Counted from the stretch's first letter, positions 1 to 10,414 are shown. The stretch: 64,000 bases of DNA from an uncultured Polyangiaceae bacterium (GCA_964424695.1 CAYRKE010000009.1:17543-81542), one strand, 5' to 3'. Program-made: numbers and translations. Notes: a model not told the origin generated them from the letters alone.

Positions 1-116
1 TTGTCATGGGATGGCTCGACTGACTCGTGGTACGAAGTAGCGTGTTTGCGTCTGCTTGGGGGCCGCCTTGACCATTCCGCTCGCGGGTGCGACTTGGGCG
101 TGATACCCCTCTTCGC

Positions 117-590
117 ATGTATCCGCTGACGACGCGAGCGAACCCCCAAAGACGTCGCGGGCTTTCGATTCGAGTGCTGGCTGTCGCGCTCTGGCTTGTT
201 CCTGCTTTCGGCATCACGTCGAGTGGCTGTGAGACGAGCTGCGGTGAGAAGGGGGGCGACCCCGTGCTCTACACGGAGGGCAGCCTCGAAGAGATTGACG
301 GGCGGCGCGTCTACTCCACGACGTCCTTCGACGGAGTCTGGCTTCACTTCCCGTCAGAGCGCCAGTTCCGGTTGCGTCACAATCTCGGGACCGAGGACTA
401 CACTCCAGTCGCTTACGTGGCGCTCCAGCCGAACCCGGCCGAGTCAGAGGACTCCGGGGAATTCGCCCACGCGGCTGGCAACGAAGCAGTGTTCGAAAGC
501 ATCACCGCCGACGAGCTGGTGGTGCGAAACGCGACGTGCTCCGAGTTCTACCTCCTGGTTCGCATCGAAGCCGGTTCTGCGGAGGACTGA
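117..590 (+). CDS. putative secreted lipoprotein, family unknown
   Basis: ORF 87..590. The ATG at 117 gives MYPLTTRANPQRRRGLSIRVLAVALWLVPAFGITSSGC, with a basic n-region, hydrophobic core and lipobox-like SSGC. No family recognised. Confidence 0.5.
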   Translation: MYPLTTRANPQRRRGLSIRVLAVALWLVPAFGITSSGCETSCGEKGGDPVLYTEGSLEEIDGRRVYSTTSFDGVWLHFPSERQFRLRHNLGTEDYTPVAYVALQPNPAESEDSGEFAHAAGNEAVFESITADELVVRNATCSEFYLLVRIEAGSAED

Positions 591-653
591 GGCGGGACTC
601 GGACTGATGCGGGTTCGGTTCCGCGCTCACGCTCTCGCCTGTGCTGGTTGGTG

Positions 654-2492
654 CTAGGCGCCGAACTGCAGGCGATAGAGCTTCGCGTACATGCTTGGAG
701 CGTCGACCAGTTCCTCGTGGGTTCCCTGTTCTACGAGGCGACCGCGGTGGAAGACGAGGACGCGATCTGCTGCCCGAATGGTGCTGAGCCGGTGTGCAAT
801 GATGAGCGCCGTGCGGCCGCGGAGCAACTCATCCATAGCGGACTGTATTCGCGCCTCCGTACTACTGTCGACGCTCGCGGTCGCTTCGTCCAGTATGAGC
901 ACCGGCGCGTCTCGGTACAGCGCGCGAGCAAAAGCAATGAGCTGTTGCTCACCGACCGAGAAGTTGGTCCCCTGTTCCAGGACCTCGGCGAATACACCTC
1001 CCGCTCTGGAGCTGAAGATATCGAGAACGCCCAACCTGTCGAGCACCGCTTCGATCCGAGCTGGATCGGGCTCAGCGCCGGCGGCGATGTTGCTCGCGAC
1101 TGTTCCAGCAAACAGATAGAGATCCTGCGGCACGACAGCAAAGTTCCGGCGGAGCTCCTCGCGAGACCAGCCGCGGATGTCGCTTCCGAACAGGCGAATG
1201 GCTCCCTGATCGATCTCGTACAGGCGCATCAGCAACGACGCAATCGTGGTCTTTCCGGCGCCGGTTGGTCCCACGATTGCGATTCGTTCTCCCCGACGCA
1301 CTTCGAAGCTCACCTCGTGCAGCGTTGCCGCTTGGGGCTGGTAGCCGAAGGTCACCCGCTCGAACGAGATGACGGCGTCTTCAGGACCAGGCTCACTTGC
1401 GTCCTGTTTCGGGGCGTCCTCCAGCTTGACATCCAGCAGTGTCGCGACGCGCTCGGCACCAGACATTGCGCTTTGCAGCAGCGTGTAGCGCTGCCCGAGC
1501 GCACTGATGGGCTCGAAGAACTGCAGGATGTAAGCGTTGAACGCAACCATTGTGCCAAAGCTCACCGGATCGTACCCCACCGCCACGATCACGAGGGCCA
1601 AGCACCACGAGGCGACCGCATCGATTGCGGCGTCCTGCATGGCTTCGTACTTGATTGCTTTCAAGTTCGCGTTTCGATATCCAGCGTTGATTTCGTCGAA
1701 CTCCCGCTGTGCCTGCGCCTCATGTCGATAGGACTGGATGATCTCGATTCCCGAAACTTGCTCCCCCAGGCTGGCGTTGAGGCGCGCCGTCTTCGCACGA
1801 ATCTGGCGAAAAGCCTCGCGAGCTCGAGGTCGGATGATGGCAACGAGGAGCAGTACGGGGGGGAGTCCGGCAAACGCGATGAGCGACAGTCTTGGGTCCA
1901 GCATCACCATCAGCACTACGATGCCGGTCAGCTTGACCAGATCGCCTAGAGCGTTGATCGCGCCCGAGGAGAAGAGCTCCAGCATCGAGTCGACATCGTT
2001 TGTGACGCGGGTCACAAGCCTGCCAACCGGTTGTCGGTCGAAGTAGCCGAGCGGCAGCCGAAGAATATGTTGGACAAGGTGTCGCCTGAGCGATGACATC
2101 GAACGCGCGCCCACGACCTGGATCGCGTAGACTTGGACGAAAGCAAGAACCTGCTCGCACGCCACCGCCGCCGCCAATAGGAGTCCCCCTTGAAGAAGCC
2201 TGGTTGGGCTTCCTGCCAAGACACCTTCGTCGATCGCGAAGCGCATGACGAGTGGACGACCTAGCGAGACTCCAGCAGTGAGCAGGGTGGTGCAGAGCGC
2301 GAGCACCAAGAGTGGCCGAAACGGGCCGAAGAAGGGCCAGAGGCGGCGCAGTAGCGCAGTATCGTGCGTTTGTCTGAACTCGGTCTCGTCACGGAATGCC
2401 CTGAGAGTCGCCGCAGTGTTCGAATCGGGCGTTCTGGATTGTGTCGCGGATTCCGGGGCGCCAGTCGGTGAGGTTTCCCCTCCCGTCTTCAT
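654..2492 (-). CDS. ABC exporter half-transporter (TMD-NBD), consensus-site subunit
   Basis: 612 aa with an N-terminal 6-TM-like region. Walker A GPTGAGKTT, Walker B VLILDEATASVD, non-canonical signature FSVGEQQ. The start overlaps the stop of the upstream gene by 4 nt (ATGA). Confidence 0.9.
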   Translation of the reverse strand: MKTGGETSPTGAPESATQSRTPDSNTAATLRAFRDETEFRQTHDTALLRRLWPFFGPFRPLLVLALCTTLLTAGVSLGRPLVMRFAIDEGVLAGSPTRLLQGGLLLAAAVACEQVLAFVQVYAIQVVGARSMSSLRRHLVQHILRLPLGYFDRQPVGRLVTRVTNDVDSMLELFSSGAINALGDLVKLTGIVVLMVMLDPRLSLIAFAGLPPVLLLVAIIRPRAREAFRQIRAKTARLNASLGEQVSGIEIIQSYRHEAQAQREFDEINAGYRNANLKAIKYEAMQDAAIDAVASWCLALVIVAVGYDPVSFGTMVAFNAYILQFFEPISALGQRYTLLQSAMSGAERVATLLDVKLEDAPKQDASEPGPEDAVISFERVTFGYQPQAATLHEVSFEVRRGERIAIVGPTGAGKTTIASLLMRLYEIDQGAIRLFGSDIRGWSREELRRNFAVVPQDLYLFAGTVASNIAAGAEPDPARIEAVLDRLGVLDIFSSRAGGVFAEVLEQGTNFSVGEQQLIAFARALYRDAPVLILDEATASVDSSTEARIQSAMDELLRGRTALIIAHRLSTIRAADRVLVFHRGRLVEQGTHEELVDAPSMYAKLYRLQFGA

Positions 2493-4294
2493 GAGTCGCC
2501 TCCCAGTGGCGCCATCGAGGCTGATGAAAGCTGTTCGACTTCGGTCGTCCTACGTTGTTCGTCCGCGAACCTCCGGTAGATGCCTCCCCTTGCCAGGAGT
2601 TCGGCGTGGGTCCCAGCTTCGACGATGCGCCCATCATCCAGCACGATGATGTGATCGCATCGCGCTGCGGCCGCGACGCGGTGTGTGATGAGGATCACCG
2701 AGCGCTGCGCCTTCTGCTCGTCAAGGACGTCGAGGATCGCTTTCTCGGCTCGCGCGTCGACAGCGCTGAGCGGATCGTCTAGGAGCAGAATGCGAGGCTC
2801 ATATGCGAACGCTCGGGCAAGTGCTACCCGTTGCTTCTGGCCACCGGAGAGCTGGACCCCGCGCTCTCCCACGACCGTTTCGAGACCATCCGGCAGATCA
2901 TCGAGCTCCGCCAAGACCTGAGCCGCCGTCGCCGCACGCTTGATGGCAGCTCTGGTCTCGGCGGTTTCGACGTCGTCGAAACATAGTCCCACATTCCGCG
3001 CTGCCGTCGTCGAGAACAGAAAGGCGGATTGCCTCGCATAACCGATCATGGTCCTGACATGGGAGAGGGGTAGCTGACAAACGTCAGTTCCATCGAAGAA
3101 GATCGTGCCGGCAGGAGCCGGAAGGATGCGCGCCAGCAGTGCGGCCAGCGTGGACTTGCCGCTTCCCGTCCGACCCACGACGGCGAGGGTTTGGCCAGGA
3201 GCCAGCGAGAAGCTCACGCCGTCGAGCACTCTGTCGGTGCCGTAGGCGTAGGACAGTGCTCGGACGTCGATTCGCCCCAGAGGGTTCGACGGCGGACGCG
3301 CGGGGCCGTCCTGGAGCTCGGGCTCGGCGTCGTAGAGCTCAGTCAGCCGTGCGTAGGATGCTCGACCTCGCTGTACGATGCCGACGAGGAAACCCAGCGC
3401 AATCAAGGGCCAAGTCAACCGAGTGAGTGCCCGGAGAAATGCCAAGAGGCCGCCAGGGGTCAGCTCACCTCGAAGCATCAAGTGCCCGCCGTACCAGACC
3501 ACCACGACTAGACTCACCGACGTGATGGCTTGCATGGCGGGGCCCATCGAGCCTCGGAGACGAGCGAGCGATAGGCTTTTCTGCAGATAGGCCTGATCGA
3601 TGTCGGCGAAGCGCATCTGCTCGGCCCCCTCCATCGAGTGCGTTTTTACGACGCGGATCCCCACTAGGCTCGACCGCACGGATTCGCTCATGCGGCCGAG
3701 CGCCGCCTGGGCCTCGCGATTGCGAACGTAGGACTGCCGCGCGAAGCGAAGGGTCGCCAAAACCAGCAACGGGATTGTGCAGAGCGACGCCATCGTGAGC
3801 TTGACGGAGATGCCGAGCGTAACCGAGAGTGCGCTCACCAGGCCGAATGCCGTGTTCACCAGATTCAGCGCGCAGAACCCGAGCAGCAGGCGGATCTGGG
3901 TCAGGTCGTTGGTCGCACGACTCATGATCTCACCAGCACTCATCTTGCTGAAGAAGACGGGGCCGAGCCGCTGGAGCCGAGCAAGGAGGGTGCGGCGCAG
4001 CTGGTATTCCGCGATTCGGCCAGCGTTGAACATCACCAGGCGAGAGACCACCCGTATGCCGAACGCGAGCACCGCGACAGCGGCAAGCCATGCGCCGTAG
4101 GCCATGGTGGTTTCACGCGCTCCGGCAACCGCGGCGTCGATAGCGAGTGTCAGCCGGGTGTCGAACCACCACTGAAGGAACTGGTACGACCCGAGAAGTA
4201 GGCTGCCGAAGAGATATCTGGGCAGATTCCGGACGACGTGCGCCCCAATGCGCACCGGCTCCGATAGAGGCTCAGTCATAGCGGATGGGGTCAT
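2489..4294 (-). CDS. ABC exporter half-transporter (TMD-NBD), degenerate-site subunit
   Basis: 601 aa. Walker A GRTGSGKST, canonical signature LSGGQKQRVALARA, and Walker B ILLLDDPLSAVD with Asp where the catalytic Glu normally sits. Confidence 0.9.
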   Translation of the reverse strand: MTPSAMTEPLSEPVRIGAHVVRNLPRYLFGSLLLGSYQFLQWWFDTRLTLAIDAAVAGARETTMAYGAWLAAVAVLAFGIRVVSRLVMFNAGRIAEYQLRRTLLARLQRLGPVFFSKMSAGEIMSRATNDLTQIRLLLGFCALNLVNTAFGLVSALSVTLGISVKLTMASLCTIPLLVLATLRFARQSYVRNREAQAALGRMSESVRSSLVGIRVVKTHSMEGAEQMRFADIDQAYLQKSLSLARLRGSMGPAMQAITSVSLVVVVWYGGHLMLRGELTPGGLLAFLRALTRLTWPLIALGFLVGIVQRGRASYARLTELYDAEPELQDGPARPPSNPLGRIDVRALSYAYGTDRVLDGVSFSLAPGQTLAVVGRTGSGKSTLAALLARILPAPAGTIFFDGTDVCQLPLSHVRTMIGYARQSAFLFSTTAARNVGLCFDDVETAETRAAIKRAATAAQVLAELDDLPDGLETVVGERGVQLSGGQKQRVALARAFAYEPRILLLDDPLSAVDARAEKAILDVLDEQKAQRSVILITHRVAAAARCDHIIVLDDGRIVEAGTHAELLARGGIYRRFADEQRRTTEVEQLSSASMAPLGGDS

Positions 4295-4426
4295 CGTTCG
4301 GGGAAGGTCACCCGCGATGGCAGCTTCTCACCGTCGAGCATCAACCTTGTGGACGCAACGGGGGTGTGGGCCGAAGGCGTGGGACAGGAGGGAAAGAGAA
4401 GGCGAGACAGCATGGCGGAGCGGGCT

Positions 4427-7400
4427 TCAGAAGAGCCCGATACTGAAGTGAAAGGCTCCCAGGGATTCCCACGTGCGCTGGTTGCTTCGATTGGGAAACA
4501 TCCTGTCGAGCACCCGTTCGACATTGAAGCCGTAGTCGAACGCGAGTGGGCCGACCGGGGTGGCGACTCGGAGTCCCGACCCGATCGCGTAACGAAGGCG
4601 AAGGAAGTTCTGGTTGTCCAAGTTCCCCCAGAGGTTTCCAGCATCGGCGAAGAGCGCCGTCTGCACGATCTCTCCGAGCGGGATCCGGAGCTCGGCGCGG
4701 GGGTTGACGAAGAAGTCTCCGCCGCGAATCACGACTTGGTTCAGCGTCAAATCGGAATTCGGAGCCAGGAGCTGTTGAGCCAAGTCCTCCGGCACCAACG
4801 AGTCTTGGAGGAAACCGCGAAGCGACGAGGCCCCACCCAGAAAGAACAGGCGATCAGGATATGTTCGCGATCCCTTCACGGGGAGCTGGTAGTTCCGTCC
4901 CCAGCTGAAGCTCGTGGCCAGGGCGGTCCCCTTCTTGCCAATCGGAATGTAGAGTGCGAGCCGCTGGGTGAATCGCAGAAACTCACTCGTTGTCAGGGCG
5001 AATGGATCGGAGAGCGCGGTCGAGCTGTCCAGTCCTTCCTCCGAATCCGAAACCGGTCTGGCTCGAACGTGCTCGATGCTGGTAGAGACGAAGGTGCCAG
5101 ATGTGGCGTCGAGCGGGTTGTCGCGCCGATCCCACGCGAAGCCGATGCGCTGTGCGAGTGCCGCGCTGGTTCCTTCCGGGACACGGAACGAGTTGCGGCT
5201 ACTTGGGTGGGCAGCCACGTAGGCCGCGATGGCGCGTTCTGTGGAAGCATCCGTGCCAAAGATGGTCGCCGTGTTGAGTTCGAGCGAGGCGCCCAGTTGA
5301 ATGGAGAATCTGCGGCTCGGGCGATAGCTCAGGGTGACCACCGCGGCATCCTTGGTGAGCCCAAAATCGCGAGCATTGTCACGAACATCCACGCCTTCGA
5401 CACTGAACGGAAATAGGGGGCCAAGCCCAATCTCCGGGAGCTCGAGTCGGGCACTGTTGCGGCGCTCCAACCGTTCGACATCTCGTAGCTCGTTGTACTT
5501 CCGTCGCACATCGCCTTCCATGATCAGGGCGCTTGGCAGGTAGCCAAGCTGCACGCGGAGTGTGAGGGCAATGGCTTCGGCGGCGAGGTTCCTGTGGCCG
5601 TACTCGAACGCCACGCGCATCCCCTCGCCTGTGCTGAACCCCGGGCGGACATCCAGGTACTGCGGCGCGCGTTCGTCGACCCGGACGAGGACCACTTTCT
5701 CTCGCGCGGGGACGTGCGGGTCTTCCATCGCGACCGTGATCGAGGAGAACACCCCCAGTGTGGCGAGACGCTCCTCGGTCGCGCGAACCGCGCTCCGTCG
5801 GTAGACTCCTCCCTCCACGAGGGCAATGCGACCTCGGATCAGGCTTTCGTTCGTCCGTCGAGCGCCCTGGATGATGATCTTCGAAACCGTGACTCGTTCA
5901 CGTTCTCGGATATCGAATCTGACGCGACCGCGTGAGTGATCCTGCGAGAACTCCAGAGCATGCTCGACGGTTGCGAACGCGAAGCCTTCCTCCTCGTAGA
6001 GCGCTACGATTTGCTGGCGCGCGGTCTCGAGTGCGGCGAGGGAAACGGGGGCACCCAGCTCGAGCTCTGAAGCTTCGAGTAGCTCCGCGTCGATCACGCC
6101 CTCATTGCCTGAGAAATCGACGTCATAGAGAGAGGTTCTGGGCCCCAGACGAATGGGGATCGAAAGAAGAGCTTCGGTCTCGCATCGTGCCCCCACCGAT
6201 GCCTTGGGGTCGCAAGTGGATGCTGGGGCTGTCTCATCCAGCGGCACGGGGATACCATGCCGGTCATAAGAGCACGGGAAGCCTGGCTCCGGAGTCTGTC
6301 CGATTGGGTCACACCGCCCCGGTCGGGATCCCGGACGGCACCTGCGTCGGAGCAGGACGGGCGGATCGACAGTGGCCGAGAGCCACCCCTCAGAACGGTA
6401 GAGATCCTGCAGATGTGCAGATGCTCGCTCGTAGACCTCTGGGACGTAGGTCTGATAGGGGGAGGGCACGAAGGGGTGCGCGCGCTGGCCCCCGGCGGGC
6501 GCGAGAGATGAATCGACGTTGCCCGCATCCGCTGCCCCGAAGAACGAAGGCCCTGGGAGCTCCTCCTCCAAGAAACTCTCGATCTCCGCGTCCACTTGCC
6601 TCGGGTCACGAGGCCCAGTAAGGCACGGGTAGACTCGCCGGACGACCCGCACGGGCTCTCCTTCGCGTATGGTGAAGAGCAGGGTTTTCGTCGTACCGTC
6701 GACGCTGGCGCCCTCCCAGAGTCCAATGCGAGCGTCGAGCATCCCATGCTTCCGGTAGAAGTCCCGCAGCCGGTCCAGCAGGAGGGAAGGGGAATGTTCT
6801 TTCTTCGCGTCAAGCTCAAGGGCCGAGTGGAGGGTGTTCGAGTCGAAACGGCGAGCGCCCTCGAAGCGAGCCACATAGCGGGGGCCGGCGTCCACCACCA
6901 CGACCAATTCTGGTCTGGAAGAGCCCCTGATGTCGTGGTGAACCGTTGCTTCGACCCACCCGGCGCTTCGGAGTCGCTCGGCAAGATTGGTGTCTGCCTC
7001 AGCGAGTGGAACCTCGTCTGCTACCGCGCCAGCGGGCACCCGATACGAGCGGAGCAGGGGGGCTAGCCCCGGATGCCCGGGAAAGGGACTCAGCTCGAAT
7101 CGACGAGCTCGGATGGTGCGGGGCGGCCCTTCCTCGACCGCCAGTCTGACCACGACGAAGATGGGATCGTCGGTGTCTACCGTGCGTACCGTCACCTTGG
7201 CGAACGGTAGGCCGCGATCCCCGAGCCACCGCTGCAGTGATTCCCTGGCGTGGTCGAGAGTTGCTGGGGTGAGTTCGTCGCCAGCGTCAAGTCCTGCGGC
7301 CCGCAGCACTTCGCTGGTTTCGAAGCTGCTGCCTTGAACACGGACCTCCTTCGCGACGCGCCGCGGTGTGACCACGAGCCGCAGCTCGACGCCATCCAGG

Positions 7401-7717
7401 CGCATTACCGCCATCACGTTCGCTTCGGCGTACCGACCCGTAGCCAGGAGCTCGCTCATGGCTCGTCGCGCAAGCTCCGGGCTCAGCGACTCGCCCAATC
7501 GAACCCGGGAGAGCGACTCGCGCTGTACCCAGCGGCCTGCGGGGTTGACGATGCTGACCGCGACCAGGGGACGGCCGAGCACTTCGTCCGGGATTGCCGT
7601 GTGGCGCAGGTCGACGGCCCCGATGTCGCCACCCGAATCCGAACCATTGGCCAAAGCTTGTGCCGCCCCCAACGATGCAACGGCGACGAGCGCGAGCGCG
7701 GCTGCTCGGGATGGCAT
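4427..7717 (-). CDS. Omp85/BamA-family outer-membrane protein (POTRA repeats plus C-terminal barrel)
   Basis: ORF 4427..7927. The internal ATG at 7717 gives signal peptide MPSRAAALALVAVASLGAAQALA. It has repeated POTRA-like modules, a barrel motif GGASSLRGF and a C-terminal ...HFSIGLF ending in Phe. Confidence 0.85.
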   Translation of the reverse strand: MPSRAAALALVAVASLGAAQALANGSDSGGDIGAVDLRHTAIPDEVLGRPLVAVSIVNPAGRWVQRESLSRVRLGESLSPELARRAMSELLATGRYAEANVMAVMRLDGVELRLVVTPRRVAKEVRVQGSSFETSEVLRAAGLDAGDELTPATLDHARESLQRWLGDRGLPFAKVTVRTVDTDDPIFVVVRLAVEEGPPRTIRARRFELSPFPGHPGLAPLLRSYRVPAGAVADEVPLAEADTNLAERLRSAGWVEATVHHDIRGSSRPELVVVVDAGPRYVARFEGARRFDSNTLHSALELDAKKEHSPSLLLDRLRDFYRKHGMLDARIGLWEGASVDGTTKTLLFTIREGEPVRVVRRVYPCLTGPRDPRQVDAEIESFLEEELPGPSFFGAADAGNVDSSLAPAGGQRAHPFVPSPYQTYVPEVYERASAHLQDLYRSEGWLSATVDPPVLLRRRCRPGSRPGRCDPIGQTPEPGFPCSYDRHGIPVPLDETAPASTCDPKASVGARCETEALLSIPIRLGPRTSLYDVDFSGNEGVIDAELLEASELELGAPVSLAALETARQQIVALYEEEGFAFATVEHALEFSQDHSRGRVRFDIRERERVTVSKIIIQGARRTNESLIRGRIALVEGGVYRRSAVRATEERLATLGVFSSITVAMEDPHVPAREKVVLVRVDERAPQYLDVRPGFSTGEGMRVAFEYGHRNLAAEAIALTLRVQLGYLPSALIMEGDVRRKYNELRDVERLERRNSARLELPEIGLGPLFPFSVEGVDVRDNARDFGLTKDAAVVTLSYRPSRRFSIQLGASLELNTATIFGTDASTERAIAAYVAAHPSSRNSFRVPEGTSAALAQRIGFAWDRRDNPLDATSGTFVSTSIEHVRARPVSDSEEGLDSSTALSDPFALTTSEFLRFTQRLALYIPIGKKGTALATSFSWGRNYQLPVKGSRTYPDRLFFLGGASSLRGFLQDSLVPEDLAQQLLAPNSDLTLNQVVIRGGDFFVNPRAELRIPLGEIVQTALFADAGNLWGNLDNQNFLRLRYAIGSGLRVATPVGPLAFDYGFNVERVLDRMFPNRSNQRTWESLGAFHFSIGLF

Positions 7718-7974
7718 GACAGGTGTGGTGTACACCAGTATCGGCAAGTAGTGCTCGAGATGCGAAAAGCGGCCCTTTGGCCGTAAGTGTGCCTGGCTCG
7801 GGTCACGTCCCAGGGGTTTTCTGCGCGCACCAGCGCGATCGGACGTGAAAAGTCCGCGTGGCGCCGTATCTTCGCGACCCGCCAGGTTGCCGTCGCGCCG
7901 GCCGCATTCGTGTGTCCGGGGGCGCAATCCCTCTCAGTATTCGAGGCGACGCACTACGCGGCGGATGGTGCCAG

Positions 7975-9240
7975 ATGCGAGTTCTGCCAAGACACAAGAC
8001 AGCACGTGAACGGCCTCCGCGGCGATGGTTACGGTTGCTCGGATGGGGGGTGGGGGTGTCAACGCTGGGCCTTCTCTGCTTGTGGCACGTCGTGCACCGC
8101 TATGAATGGGCGGGACCACTCGTGGCCAACAGTCTGCGCGCGGTCATTGGGGTGGACAACGTCGCGCGGCTGGAGGACTTCGTTTACGGGCTAGAGGACC
8201 GATACAACCGAGCGACGCGCGGCGGAGAAAAGCCGAAGGCTCGCTGGGAAGTGGCTGCAGTTGCGCCCTCGGCGAGTGGGCAGGGTTACTCGGCTGGCTC
8301 GCAGACGTCGCGTCCGGTTCTATCCCCATTCCGACCGGCGCGGGTGGGCCCCGTGCACGCGTCTTGGTCCGCGCCGGGCGATGGCGAGTGGGTGGCGATG
8401 GAGGATCCGCGATGGCCGGGGATCGACCCCCCGCTCTACAAAACACTGCTCCATCCCGACAAGAACCGTTCTTGGGCGGAGCTTTTCGTGGTGGCGATCG
8501 ACCTGCGTCGCGTCGTGGTGAAGCCCCGACTAGGCACTCGCGAGCCAGCCACGAACGTGAAACCCGAGCCCGTGTTGGAGCGGTCCGGGCGCATTCCCGA
8601 CAAGGATCAGGCGCGGGCACTCGCCGCCTTCAATGGGGGGTTCATGACGGAGCACGGCCACTACGGCATGATGCTGGACGGCAAGACCGTCGTGACGGCC
8701 CGTGATCGGGCCTGCACGATTGCCATGTTTCGGGACGGAACCCTAAGAGTGGCGGACTTCTCGCATTTGAAGGACAGCGTCCGGGACATGGTCTGGTTCC
8801 GTCAGACCCCGAACTGCATGGTGGAGGATCGCAGACTCCATCGCGTGCTGGCCAGCGGGGCCGAGAAGCACTGGGGCGCAACGTTGGACGGTGATACGGT
8901 GATTCGTCGCTCGGCCATCGGCCTCGATTCCACCGGCAAGGTTCTGTTCGTGGGCATCAGCAACCACACCTCGGCGCGCGCAATCGCAGAGGGAATGCTG
9001 CACGCAGGGGCTGTTACGGTCGCTCAGCTCGATGTGAATTGGTCCTACCCCAAGTTCGTGCTGTTTCGCTCTCCAGAGCTGGGCGCTCCGATGCAGGCCG
9101 TTGCTCTTGCTGAGGGGTTCGAGTTCCGGGAGGGCGAGTATCTGCGTGATCGCTCCCTGCGAGACTTCTTCTATCTCTTTCTCACGGAAGGCGGCTACTC
9201 GTCCCAGAGCGTTTCAACAGCTTCCTCCACCAGGCAGTGA
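7975..9240 (+). CDS. membrane-anchored phosphodiester glycosidase-like protein (DUF2233-like)
   Basis: ORF 7858..9240. The ATG at 7975 gives a basic N-terminus plus one TM helix (WLRLLGWGVGVSTLGLLCLW). The FNGGFMTEHGHYGMMLDGK and GLDSTGKVLFVG patterns are ones I associate with the DUF2233/NAGPA-like family. Confidence 0.65.
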   Translation: MRVLPRHKTARERPPRRWLRLLGWGVGVSTLGLLCLWHVVHRYEWAGPLVANSLRAVIGVDNVARLEDFVYGLEDRYNRATRGGEKPKARWEVAAVAPSASGQGYSAGSQTSRPVLSPFRPARVGPVHASWSAPGDGEWVAMEDPRWPGIDPPLYKTLLHPDKNRSWAELFVVAIDLRRVVVKPRLGTREPATNVKPEPVLERSGRIPDKDQARALAAFNGGFMTEHGHYGMMLDGKTVVTARDRACTIAMFRDGTLRVADFSHLKDSVRDMVWFRQTPNCMVEDRRLHRVLASGAEKHWGATLDGDTVIRRSAIGLDSTGKVLFVGISNHTSARAIAEGMLHAGAVTVAQLDVNWSYPKFVLFRSPELGAPMQAVALAEGFEFREGEYLRDRSLRDFFYLFLTEGGYSSQSVSTASSTRQ

Positions 9241-9730
9241 GGACGCGTTCTGGCTTCAGTGGCAGCGATTCATGCTGGGGTTTGTGGGACGTGCGCCCAC
9301 CGAATGCTCTATCCATGGGGCCAGGTGTTCCGCCGGAGGCATGGACGCGGTGGGCCAGTCGGCTCAGTCACGACACTTCATTCAAGTCGAACTGACAAGG
9401 CTCGATCTCGTCTGCTCTTTGCTTCCTGCCGCGCGATCTCTGGGGCGATGCAGGTTTTGGCATTGCGCCCGCTCCTGGAGTGTCGGGTTCCGCAGTTGTG
9501 CGGGTCGGACGGCAGGTTCCCGGTTTCCGCGTTGGTCACTGGTGATCGGTAGCCTCCGTCGAACACCTGGCGTTGCCATTCGGCGGCTGGTAACAAGGGG
9601 CCGCTCTACGCGCTTCTGTCTGCGTTACTAGTACTGACTTGCGAGGGCGGCTCGTCAGGCCACTGACATGCACCAACGGTGTGGGGCGATGGCTTTCGAG
9701 CCCCCCTGCACCAACGCGTTCTAGGATGGT

Positions 9731-10414
9731 TTGATGTTGGAAGAAGAAGCGAAACGCCAAGCAGCTCGCGAGGCCGCCAGACTGTTGCCGCAGCGCGGAA
9801 TCATCGGACTTGGCACGGGGTCGACTGCTCGGTACTTCATTGAAGCGGTGGGGGAGGCTGTCCGAGCTGGAATGGACCTGACCGGCGTCCCGACGAGCAA
9901 CGCGAGCCGGGCCCAGGCGACTGCGCTAGGAATTCCCCTGCTTCCAGATTCGGGCCCGTGGCACATCGATCTCTGCGTCGACGGCGCAGACGAAGTGAGC
10001 GCTGACCTGGACCTGATCAAAGGGGGCGGCGGCGCTCATACGCGGGAGAAAATCGTCAACTTCGTGTCCGAGCGTCGCGTCACCGTTGTGGACGAAAGCA
10101 AGCTCAGCACGAGGCTTGGGGAAAGGTGGCCCGTCCCCATCGAGATACTGGAATTCGCGTGTCACACGACGGTGTGCGCCTTGGAGCGGTTTGGTGAGCC
10201 AGCCCTGCGGACTCGAGATGGGTTCTTGTGTCGAACGGACGCGGGCAACCTGATCTGTGATCTCCGAGTCGGTCCCATGGCTGACCCGGCTTCGGTCGAC
10301 CTGGCGCTCAGAGGCATCCCGGGCGTTGTCGAGACTGGTCTCTTCTGTGGGGCCGTCGACCTCCTCATTGTTGCAGGGGGATCGGGGGTTCGAACGATCG
10401 TGAAAGGCGGCTAG
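9731..10414 (+). CDS. rpiA: ribose-5-phosphate isomerase A
   Basis: 227 aa. Motifs GLGTGSTARYFIEAVG, VDGADEV and KGGGGAHTREKIV. Confidence 0.9.
   Translation: MMLEEEAKRQAAREAARLLPQRGIIGLGTGSTARYFIEAVGEAVRAGMDLTGVPTSNASRAQATALGIPLLPDSGPWHIDLCVDGADEVSADLDLIKGGGGAHTREKIVNFVSERRVTVVDESKLSTRLGERWPVPIEILEFACHTTVCALERFGEPALRTRDGFLCRTDAGNLICDLRVGPMADPASVDLALRGIPGVVETGLFCGAVDLLIVAGGSGVRTIVKGG

Noticed and set aside
7726-7737. Perfect 12-bp palindrome TGGTGTACACCA, 9 nt upstream of the Omp85 start codon.
   Set aside because: It is short enough to occur by chance, there is no second copy in the window, and there is no supporting regulator gene. It is noted only as a possible operator.
9241-9730. A 490-bp gap upstream of rpiA, examined for a riboswitch, small gene or RNA gene.
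   Set aside because: I recognised no conserved RNA motif or convincing ORF. The listed ORFs there (9101..9631, 9259..9552 and the minus-strand ones) look like wrong-frame products. It is left unannotated.
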